Shown one piece after another: positions 14,392 to 25,090 of a stretch of DNA of 64,000 bases; the first letter of the stretch is position 1, and each line of letters starts with the position of its first letter. The DNA comes from Cycas panzhihuaensis (lineage: Eukaryota; Plantae; Cycadophyta): the NCBI GenBank assembly GCA_023213395.1, contig CM041465.1, positions 246,953,741-247,017,740 on the forward strand, read 5' to 3'. The notes under the pieces are model-generated. The model did no database searches and was not told the DNA's origin. It saw only the letters and a program-made list of their open reading frames with translations. The translations under genes were made by a program, and so were the position numbers.

Positions 14392-14820
14392 CTGAACCCC
14401 GTTCTCCTCATCCTAAGGATCACAGGTTCGATTCTCAATGTGGTAAACAAGAAGAATAGGAGCACCAAAAGTGTTTGGGTGTTGATATTTCTAGCTTCGT
14501 GAGTTCAAGAAAAAACTATGGTCTATATACAATCCTACCATAGGGTATGCAAAGACTCTGGATCCTAATATTAAAATTGAAGTGCCAGATGATAATAATG
14601 GTCTTTATGCAATTTACATGTTGGATCCTTCATGGCTACCCAAAGTTCTTCACATGTCTGAGTTATATTATTTTCATGATATGATTGATATGCTGCTTGA
14701 ATGCGGTTATGAAAAGGGGGTCAAATTATTTGGCTATGGCTATGATTTTTGCCAAAGAAACAGAACTACAAAATTGATGGATGGCTTTAAGAAAAGGTTG
14801 GAGACAGCTTACAAGTCTTC
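14392..14820 (+). pseudogene. LCAT3: Uninterrupted coding fragment of LCAT3-type phospholipase A1 (N-terminal third)
   Basis: LNPVLLI..GSIL..VWVLIFLA..LWSIYNPTIGYAKTLDPNIKIEVPDDNNGLYAIYMLDPSW..YYFHDMIDMLLECGYEKGVKLFGYGYDFCQRNR..KKRLETAYKSS matches the remembered plant LCAT3 sequence (PDDDHGLYAIDILDPSW, FGYGYDFRQSNR). One frameshift; no intron seen. Confidence 0.92.
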
Positions 14821-15095
14821 AATGTTGCCCCCTATTAATGACTGGCATTGACAAAAGCTTATCTATTTCTACTAGAGAAAAAAGCCTGTAAGATTGCCAA
14901 GTTTTCACACATGTGTTGGTTCTAGGGGTGAGGGACAAATGCCTGAGAGCTATAAGGAGAAACAAATTGAGGTTATGTATGATACAACAGTGACAAGTCT
15001 AGATGTTCAAGCACAAACTCTGACAACAGCCTCAAGGAGCCATCTAAAATATAGGTCTCTTATTGTTGCCACTAGTTGCACTGTAGCGAAGTTGC
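14821..15095 (+). pseudogene. MDAR: Uninterrupted coding fragment of plastid/mitochondrial monodehydroascorbate reductase
   Basis: [59 protein letters not shown] matches the remembered MDAR5/6 sequence [52 protein letters not shown]. Confidence 0.92.
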
Positions 15096-15177
15096 TGGAT
15101 AGTATTTTTATTTCTTTTAATAAGGGTTTTTTTTTTTAAGAATGTTATTTGTTAAATGGGAGATTCCTCTCGACGAC

Positions 15178-15423
15178 AAACAGAGGAAGTTGCAACTGAC
15201 TCAAAAACTTTGGAAAGGCCCCTCCCAAGGATGAGGATGATGATGATGACTTGGACCTCTTTGGTGAGGAAACTTGGGATGACGATCTCTGGACTAAAGT
15301 TTCCCAAATGTGTCTCGATGATACAATCATATCATTGATCTTCTAGCTTTAGGATTCCCCGGCAAGGGTGTCAGTGTGAATATAGAGGGAGTCACTTCAG
15401 TTGCTTCACAGGCTTCTGAAACA
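15178..15423 (+). pseudogene. Elongation factor 1B (beta/delta-type) fragment, two halves in swapped order
   Basis: 15183-15274 reads EEVATDSK(frameshift)KAPPKDEDDDDDLDLFGEET (eEF1B acidic motif). 15301-15423 reads FPNVSR*YNHIIDLLALGFPGKGVSVNIEGVTSVASQASET (eEF1B N-terminal domain end). Confidence 0.88.
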
Positions 15424-15431
15424 AGTTTTAT

Positions 15432-15712
15432 ATAGCATAATGGTCTGCAACAATGTCAAATTTTAATATAGAGAAAGAAAATATTGAGAGGCTGAAAAAG
15501 GCATTTATTGACACTTCTTTTAAAAAACTATGAAGTGCTAAAGGAGTACTCGAACTTCTTAAAAACTTCAAAGCTATCAAAAGTGAGGTGCAATCAACAA
15601 GCAAATGATGGATAAGTTCAATGACATTCTTACACAGTTTCTAAAGGAGATAGATCCTACAAGAGGGATTTTTGATCAAAATTTTGCTAAGCCTCCTATG
15701 GCACGTAAGCAG
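15432..15712 (+). pseudogene. Fragment of axonemal dynein heavy chain (inner-arm I1-alpha / DNAH10-like, N-terminal tail)
   Basis: WSATMSNFNIEKENIERLKKAFIDTSFKKL*SAKGVLELLKNFKAIKSE(frameshift)AINKQMMDKFNDILTQFLKEID..IFDQNFAKPPMARKQ matches the remembered DNAH10/DHC1 signature FIDxSFKxLRSAE..AxNRQMMxKFNDIL.QxxxEID..PP. Confidence 0.85.
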
Positions 15713-15845
15713 TAGTGGAGAATATATTGAAGCAAACTTTAGAAAAGATATTATGTTGTTGGGCTACTACGGCCTGATTTCAGGATTCTTAAAAGTATCT
15801 TGATATGAACATGAGCTTCAATGATTACACTCTTTTCTAGTCACC

Positions 15846-17209
15846 AAATGAAAATGCTCATGTGCATTCTCTTAGTCGATTATGTTTGGAGAATGTTGTA
15901 CACCATAGCTCCTTACAAGTTATGGTACATGTGCTAAAATATATGCTAGAGATGTCAAAATATATATATATAATATAAATCTTATAAAAAAATAAAATAT
16001 CAATGTAAGGAGCATGGAAATAAACACTTAATGATCACACATATCTGAACTGAGACAGAGGCATAGATGGTATCATTTTCGTTGGCAAAATAGCATATGT
16101 GTTCAATATTTAACCATACAAAGATTATGCTATAAAACCAGAAATTTTTCAAATATGTTGGAGAAGATTTATCAGAGAACCAAGAAATATATATTGTTTA
16201 AATTTGAAAAAAACTATGAAGAACCTGGTAAGCAGTTGTTGCAGATTTGTAGCAGATTGACTTCCAAAGATGAGATCTCCTTCCACATAAATCAAAGCTT
16301 CAAACAGATTTCTCTAGTAGACAGATCTACTATGATGTATGGATTGTTAGGCTGAATATACACCAAAACTTGCAGATCTGAAAAAGGAACTTGAAAAAAT
16401 GGTCAAATATATGATAAAATATACAGATCTAAAAGAAAACTTTAATAAATATTACAGATCTGAAGTAAGTATTGCAGATCTAAAGTAAATATTGTAGATA
16501 TAAACAAAATAAACTAGAAAAATGATGAAATATTTGATAAAATAAGCAGATTTGAAGAATATATGGTAGATCTAAAGAAAACTTTAAATAAATCTTGCTT
16601 ACAGTTATGCTCCTGCACAGATCTAAAAAAAAGTAATGAACAAATAGATAAAATATACCTAAAAATAGTCAAATATATGATAGAAATATATAAAACTTAT
16701 TGATAAAACCTCTTGTAGAGTGATAAAAACTTGATATTTATTGTTTACAGTTATGCACCTACACAAATTCTTTAAAAAACTTCAAATGGAGATGTAATAG
16801 CCTAGCAACTTGTGGCAACCTTGGCTATGATACCAAATGATGGAAAATAATCGATGGAGAATAGGGCAGAACATAAACAAATAATCATAGATCAATATAT
16901 CATTGTTGTATAAATATAAGATCCTTTGTATTCAATCCATTGTTTGAGAGAGAGCATTACAAATATCCAAAAGTAGGCAATGTTTAAAGACACTAGGGTT
17001 GCAAACCCCTCTAAATATATAGTTTTAGGGAGGAGGAAAACTCCTCAACCTCTAAAATTTAAACAATAATAAAATAATAACTTAAATCAAATCAACCTTG
17101 CCTTATACTTACCTACACATGTGAGCACCTACATGTATAAATTGATGAGAGTGAGGTGTGCACTCTTGGTTGGAAGGTAGGAGTGGGGTGATGTGTATTA
17201 ACCCCAACA
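15846..17209 (-). mobile_element. Truncated LTR-retroelement remnant: single 5' LTR (16838-17209), Met PBS and repeat-rich leader
   Basis: Reverse-complement PBS gctatgatacca 16824-16835 followed by TG..CA-bounded 372 bp with a minus-strand TATA (ctatatattt, ~17013-17022). Leader 16220-16630 holds many degenerate (g/a)cagatct units. No partner LTR in the window. Confidence 0.72.
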
Positions 17210-17217
17210 CTTATAAG

Positions 17218-19735
17218 TAAAAATGTGACTTACTCATAGATTGCATTTTTAGTGTATTTTGGGTCATGGTTTTCATTGTAGCTTATGATTTTCACCGAAG
17301 GTCACATTTTTCATATTCTTCACACACACACACATACACATATATATAGATAGATAGATAGATAATTATAGGGTTTCTTTTCTACCATATAGACATCAGT
17401 CTATAGGAAAATACAACCCCACCTTACCATGGTTTTATACCTTCTATCCCTCTATTTTTTCTGATAAAAATCTATTTATTTTCTTAAGAAATGGAGGAGA
17501 ACATTTGGAGAAATTGAGTGTTACCAAATTTTAGACTCATCCTTGTAACCTTCACTTGCACCTTGAGAAGGATTCTTTAAAGCTTGATTTGGATCCATTT
17601 ACTAAAGAAATCAAAGACTTAGAGTTGCTTACACTTCCCTTCTTCTCTTTTCTTCTCTTCGCTACCTTTCCTTCACATCTCATCTTCTTCTTTAAGTTCC
17701 ATTCTCTGCTCTCACTCTTTCCCTTCTCTTATTTATTACCCCTTTTACTTGTTGTAACTAGTTGGGAGCTTTGATTTGGAGGGCTTGGAAAGACAAGGCA
17801 TAATCCTACATTTTTCTCAAATGAATACTTCTTTATTGGTAAGTCCATGTGTTTTATTTTAAGTTTATTTCTTGTTCCTTATTGAATAGGTAATTAGGTT
17901 ACAATTTTAGCTAATCTTGCAATATATATTAGATTGCTCTTATGATCTTTACACTTGTTATAAGTTTACTTATTCTTTGAGTTTCTATTCAATAGTGGGG
18001 AACTTTTAAACCTTCAAGTTCCTACTCATAAACTAGAGAAAGCCCTAATACATCTAACCTTTGTACTAATGAGCTCTATAAGGAGGTAAGTGACTTAACG
18101 TAGTAGTATAGGATATGGTGGCTTATACTCTTCCTCCATAGGATTCTAAACTCCCTTTTTCTCCTTTCTTTATCCTCTCATAATCCTCTAGGTATAGCCA
18201 AAATATTATTAGGGTTATGAGAGTATAATTCATTTTATAAGAATGTTTCTACAATAATATTTTAATTTGTAGTAAGTACAACTATCTCATTAACATTATA
18301 ACCTTAATTGGATGTTGAAGCTTTTGTTGAAAGACTCCTGTGATAAATGACTATGAGGTTGGCCCCTCTTTACTTATTATTTTCTCCTTACTTTGCTCTT
18401 TCTTTTAGTAAAAGAAATATACACAAAAGGAAAGGAAAAAAGTGACTAAGAAGGATGTCTCTTGAGTGATCATTATTATTTTAGATAGCTTGGTTGAGTA
18501 TTAACTTGGAAACATCATTCTATTTTCTTTTCTTAAAAGAAGAAATAGAAAAGTAACTAGGATAAGTATAAGAGCACTTAAAGGACCCTTTCTTTTTCTC
18601 CCCGAAGATGTGTTAAATGTAAAATTGATTTCTCTTTTCCTTTAAAATAAAAAAGAAAAAAAAAACACAAATGAATTGATTACACTAGCTATGATCATAT
18701 CAAAGAAGGTTAGCTCTTTTTGTATTTGATTGAGTTAATATGTATTTGTTGCTTACATGTACAAGAAAATCACATTTTAGAGCTACATTTGGGATTTGTA
18801 TCTCTTCTTTTTATCTGGCACCCTAGCTTAGTTCCCATCCCTTTTCTTAAGACTTATTTGATTGATTAGAACTTAACATCACTGGCTTACAAACTCATCC
18901 TCTCTTATAGATAAATACCTCTCATCATAAAGGAATATTTGATCAATCAAGACTTCACATCACTAGCATATAAACTTCCCTTTCCTTAGGATTGGTTTTT
19001 CCTACTGTATTTCAAACACTAAAAGTGACAACTTATCATCACACTTTTGGTTAAAAGTGACCATTCTTCTTCATCTATATTCACCTCTAAGGGTAAGAAC
19101 CCTCTAGACTTGGACATGGGTAACCCTTGGTTGTCCATCCTCACCAGTGGATCATCATTAGGTGAGAAAGCCCTAATAGATAACCCCTAATAGGGTCATT
19201 AATTTAGGGTTTGAGCTCTCCTAAGTCCTTACACTCATCAGTCCTCTCCTACTCTATCTAGAACGATATAGATTTTTTACCCTTTGGGTGGGTTAGTGGT
19301 CTAAGTTAGGGATTTTCTTATACAGAGACTTTTGGAAGGGTAGATAAATAGGAAAACTTAGGTTATTTGATTTGGGATAAGGTCCCCTATTGATCCTTCC
19401 ACACATTAGGAGGTTGTTTGATCTCTTCCTTGAATTAAAAAGGGACTTTGCTTATTTGGATTGATTTGATTTAAACTAATTTTCTTTCTTTTTAACCTAG
19501 GCATGTTGCTTCTTAGTTTTGATTTATTTTGTAAATAGTAGAATTGACAAACAACAATCTTTTAGATCTTGTATTTATTTATTTGATACATACATAGGGG
19601 TTCATCCCTTCTCATCAAGAGAAGGGTTGAGGGTTACCCTTGAGCCATATCACCTTTGCCCTCATCCATATACATTCTTTCCTAAGTGGTTTATTATAAG
19701 CCTTTATAAGTGATTTATCCTGAGACCCAAAACCA
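17218..19735 (+). repeat. Main piece of the Tat-1 5' LTR
   Basis: Collinear with 51381-53925 (e.g. cttgagaaggattc..aaagcttgattt at ~17562 and ~51742; tcatcaagagaagggttga at ~19612 and ~53802); ends aaaacca before the PBS. Confidence 0.92.
17321..17363. repeat. Compound (CA)n(TA)n(GATA)n microsatellite
   Basis: Direct reading; absent from the equivalent position of the sister LTR (~51527-51545). Confidence 0.9.
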
Positions 19736-19919
19736 TTTTAGTGAGAATACTAGGGAGTTGCCAAAACTTCCTAATTGCTTATTAGCTATGTTAGTTTATT
19801 GAGATATTTATTGGATACTCATTTGCCTCATTAGTCACACTTCATCCTTTGCCTTGAGTAAGCCTCTTCTTCTCACCTTTTCCCCTCTTCCTTTGGTTTC
19901 CACTTGCGCATTCCTTATA

Positions 19920-22900
19920 TATTTTCATGGATCCCTTCCATGCATACCCCAAGAAGAGAAGGAGGATACAAAGCCTTCTTCTTGAAGGGCCATCCTTCCT
20001 CCATGTTTTAGCCTTTATGCTCAAATATACTAACTATCTATCTTATGACTATATGATAATGTGACTCTTTTCTAAGACTCTTAAAGGTGATGCCTTGAAG
20101 TGGTTATATCAATTAAAGCCCACATTTATCTACTCTTTCTAGTAATTAGTAAATACTTTCATTAGTTATTTTGATGTTGCTCACCTTTTTTATACTAAGA
20201 TAAAAGCTTTATTATCCATTAAACAAGGAGCATAGGAGTCTTCCTATGACTTTGTTCATTACTTCTAAGACTTTGTTTATGCCTCTCAAGACCGCTTAGA
20301 TGATAACTTACTCAGTGACCTATTCACTAGTACCTTAAGACCCTAAGTCCACTTAGAGGTCCTCAAGTTAATGACCATATCATACAAGGATATAATTAAA
20401 AAGTGCCTTGCCTTTTAAGGTCTTTGAAATATATTAAGGAGTCAAGAAGTTAATTGACCCTTTTATTTCTAAAGACAAACTTGGCCCTTCAACAAAATCT
20501 AAGGTGCCTCAAAGTAATCACATATACACTCATCTTACTTTTGCTATTCAAGCTCTTGAAAGATCAATCAATACTAAGTTTCACATTGACTCTACTACCA
20601 TCCCTGAAGTTAAGAAGAAAGTAAGAGTCATCCAATTTGTTGAGTAAAAGAAAGATTAATCTCTGAACACTACTCTCCCTAAGAAGGTGCCATGGTGTTT
20701 TAACTACCAAATAGATACTCATGAAAAAACTACTTCTAGACCTAATCAAGACCAATTAATCCATAAGGACCTATTACTTGACCATACAAAGAAGGAACCC
20801 AAAGATAAAGGTAAGGTTAAAACTCAAGATGATAATGATTCCTCAACCTCTAACTCTGAGCTTATAACCAAAATCTATTACCCTAAGAGGTGTGATCCTA
20901 AAGAGGTTAATGCTCAAAATAAATTGCTAATAAAAGGGGGAGAGCCTAATAAAACCATTAACATAGCAGAAGATTGAAAAACCAAGTCCCTTAATGTAGA
21001 TTTCCCACCTCAGAATAAACCCTTAAACTCCCCCTCTTAATTGTCAGTCAAACCTATTTGCTTTATGTCTATACCACAATTTACCAAAGAAGGCTCTTTT
21101 TCACTTGTAGAGAAATTGGAAACTATTCCTACTAGGATCTTAGTCATGGATTTGTTGAAAACCTACCCTAATCAAAGATAACTTCTTTTAGATACTCTTA
21201 GGGTCCCTAAACCTAGTTTGCCTAAAAACCCTAGCTTGGTTTTAAGAGAGAAATCACAATGAGACCACTTCTTTCTATGTTGAGATTATGAAGGATGGCA
21301 TCCAAATCAAGAGGTGTATAGTAGATGAAGGCTCTTTTGTTAATGTTATCCCCTTATGCCTCCTAAAAGATTTATAGATTTCAACCTATAAGCTAGTTGA
21401 TTAGGTTTGTTAGGGCTATGATGAGAATCAAAAGATCCCAATTATTTAAGTCACTCTCCCTCTTACCCTAGCAGGTAAGATTATTATGGTTGAAGTTATT
21501 GTCATTGACTTTGATCTTGAGTTCAACATATTATTGAGTTGACTATGGATTAGTTAAATATCAATAATATGCTCCTCATTATTTGGTGAACTTAAGTTTG
21601 TCCATGATGGTAAGTTTAAATTTATTAAGTGTAAGAACAAACCCATTCAAAAGTCTATCCCATTAGTCAAAACCATCTAAGAGGAAGAAAAGTCTTTATC
21701 CCCTTTCATCTCTTTAAGGTTTGGTTAATATTTTGACATAGAATATGTGCTCCAACCTAGTCAACATGAAGTGAAATAGATTTATATAATTATCACTACT
21801 TTCATATAGGACAACCCTCTTATTAATCATATTGAAACCTTCACCCTTATTAGATTAATTAGAACTTCATTCTTAATTATCAATTTCCTTAATCATAATA
21901 CACCCCAATCAAGTGTGGAGTCCCAATTCAATTTACTAATATAACTTGGTTAGAGTTTCCCTATTTAAGCAACCCCTTTAAAAGGACACACACCCTTATA
22001 GATATTATCCCTTTTACTCCAGCTTCTTCATCACCAGACTCAACCTCTTTGGGTTGACTACCCGATGCCCCTCCTTGTGATCAGGACTAAGTCTCTAAGA
22101 GCATCCTCCACTTAGATCATTTTGAGAATGATGAGGCTATTCTTAAGCATTTGGCAGGAACCTCCCCTAACCTCTTGCTCAATTATCATAAGCTCAATTT
22201 TGCTAAATGCATCCAACTCAACTCACCTTCCTCAACCCAAGACTATAGCATCACTTTTCTATCTTTACCACTCAACTTGACGCCTCCATGCTTTGAAGAG
22301 GGAAACACCATGCTAGTTGAAAACACCATTGATGTCAAGCTTAGAACTCAAAAGGGGCTTAATATAATCAAATTTGGTGATAATTATTCCCTATTAGATG
22401 TGGAATTTCATTAAACTTTCTTTCATATTTTCATGGGACTATATAGACATGAAAGGCATGTACCTTCATGTTATGGTTCATAACATTACTACTATCCCTG
22501 GGCTAAACCCAAGTATAAAAAATAGAGATATACTTACCACCAACTTCCTATCTCCATCAAACAAGAGGTGGAAAAGTTCCTAAAGGCAAGTTTCATTAAA
22601 TCAATTAGTTACTCCTAGTGGACATCCAACATTGTCCCCATCGCTAAAAAAATACTTCTATATACACTTATATTAATTTTCATGACATAAATGATTCTTA
22701 CCCTAAGGATAACTTTTCTTTTCCCTTCATCAATTAGATTTAGGATTAAATGACTAGATTCAAAGTAATGTCCCTTATGGATGGCTTTCCAAGTTACAAT
22801 TAGATCCTTATTTTTCCCAAGGACTACCATAAGACTACTTTTACCATGCCTTGCAGAACATTTATTTATAAGGTCATGCCATTTGACCTTAAGAATATTG

Positions 22901-25090
22901 GGGTAATCTATCAATGAATGATGGTTTTTATTTTCCATGACCTATTAGGAAGCACTATTAGTGGTCTATCTTGATGATATACTAAGTCTATCTCATCATT
23001 GAGAGGGTCATATCCATGATCTTAGAACTATTTCCAAATGATGACAAAAGTATCAATTTTGCTTAATTCCCAACAAATACATCTTCATAGTGACTTCCAA
23101 AAAGATGCTTGGTAATATCATATCAAGAGATGGTATCAAGGTTAATCCTGAAAAAGTCATAGTTATCATTAAAATGCCTTTATCTCATACCTAAAAACAA
23201 GTCAAATCTTTTCTAGGGAGACTCAACTTTTTACCTTAGTTTCTTACTAGCTTTACCCTTAATGTTAAGCCCTTAACCAACCTTTTTAAAAAGGGTGCTT
23301 CTATTGAAAGGACACTAGCTACACAAGAATCTTTTAATAAGCTTAAACAAGATTTTATCTCATCTCCTACACTTGTTTCGCCATGCTTCAACAAACCATT
23401 CATTTTGTACACTTCTTCTATGGAGGAGTCTCTTGGTGTTATGTTGGCCTAAGAAGACAAGTTTGCACAAGAGCGAGTTATTTACTTTCTTAGTTGCATC
23501 TTAGTTATCATAGAGATTAAGTACTCTCCATCTTAAAAAAAGTATTTAGCTTTGGTTTTTTACACCAAAAAGCTACATCACTACCTATTAGGTAATACTA
23601 CCCTTATCATTGCATAATCTAACCTAATCTATCTTCTCCTTACCAAAATTAATCTTATCTGATGAATTGGTAAATGGGCCCTAGTATTAGAAGAGTTTGA
23701 TTTACAAATGGTTAATCACAAGTTAAAGAAGGGAATGGTCATTGTTGAGCAACTTGTTATGGCCCCACTTTCTAACCATGATTCTAATAGTGTTAACAAC
23801 TCACTCTTAGATGAACATATTCTCTAAGTTAACAGTGTTTCCGTCGAGTCAAATTGGTATAAAGATATTAGGGCTTATCTCTTAGACCAAACATACCCTC
23901 CTAATGTAGATTCTAAGTAAAGAAGAAGGGTAAGGGTGTATAATCATCAATACCTCCTCATGGATGATGTATTATATAAATGTTCCTTTGGCAAGGTTTA
24001 ATTATGATGCCTTTCAACTATAGAAGCTCAAGTTGCCCTAGTTGGGTGTCATAATGACATTTATAATGGTCACTTCAATAGTTAGTCTACAATACTACGC
24101 ATCCTATAAATGAGATATTACTAACCTACTCTATTTAAAGATGTACATTTATATGTACAAAAATATAAGAAGTTCCAAGTGTACTCTATTTTGATATATC
24201 AACCAACCACCCCACTTAGGTATATCATCACTCCCATGGTCTTTTTCTTAATGGAGTCTTGATCTTATCAGCTAAATTTATCCTCCATCTTCTATGGGCC
24301 ATAATCTCATCTTAATTACTATCAAATATTTCACAAAATAGAGTGAATCTATTCCCTTGACCACCACAACTGAAAAGGTAATTATCACTCTCATCTTCCA
24401 ATATACTATTTATAGATTCAATGTTCTTGATATTATTATTATAGATAATGAGACTCCATTATGTAACTCCCATATGGATGAGATTTGTAACTAGTTTCAT
24501 ATCACATATAAGATATCGTGCCCCTATCACCCATAAGAAAATAGTTAGATTAAAGACTTTAATAAAACCTTGGCAAAGATTTTAGCCAAGATAGTTACTA
24601 ATTCCTAGTAAGATTGGCACATCCAGCTTTTTCCTACTTTATGGGCTTATCGCATATCTATCAGAATTGTAACTGAGATGGCCCTATTTTTCTTAGTCTA
24701 TGGGACTAAGGCCATATTCCCATTAGAAATTACAATCCCCTCACTTAGAGTCTTGCTTAAACATTTCATTAATGAGGTGTAGTTAAGATAGGCAAGATTA
24801 CTAGAACTCAAAAAGATAGATAAGACTTGTCTTAAAGCCCATCAAAAGAACCTAGCCTTAAAAAATCAAGCCTAAGTAGCCCATAATTAATATTTGAGAC
24901 CAAGAAAGTTTTATATGGGGTACAAAGTGTTCAAGTCTGAATATCTATATGAAAAGCCATGAAAATTTGATTCTAAGTGGATACTTGATGATCAAAGCGT
25001 TAGAGAATGGAGCTTGTCGTCTGTTTACTCTTGATGGGCTTGAATTTTAGAAGCTAGTCAACTCTCAATTTTTGAGAAAATATTATATAT
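19920..25090 (+). pseudogene. Tat-1 gag-pol pseudogene (gag, protease, RT, RNase H, integrase with GPY/F-type tail)
   Basis: KGDALKWLY (~20085); IVDEGS.VNV (~21320); WTSNIVP (~22620); MDGF.SYN*I (~22780); YKVMPFDLKN (~22870); VYLDDI (~22965); GIKVNPEK (~23130); LHHYLLG (~23575); GHFN (~24070); VYGT..IPLEITIPSLRV (~24700-24750); NSQFLRKYY (~25065). The WxSNIVP and MDGFSGYNQI forms are typical of the Athila/Tat group. Confidence 0.93.

Noticed and set aside
14582-15139. ORFs 14582-14851 and 14894-15139 as functional LCAT3 or MDAR genes, or a fusion protein
   Set aside because: Partial, with stops and frameshifts; the two pieces are out of frame with each other; no promoter or gene context.
14391-17217. 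Helitron interpretation of the gene-fragment insert (A|TC at 14390/14391; ggggt..acccc hairpin at 17185-17205)
   Set aside because: No CTRR end. The right part is better explained as a PBS plus a TG..CA LTR, the TC can be host-LTR sequence, and the fragments lack introns. Not formally excluded.
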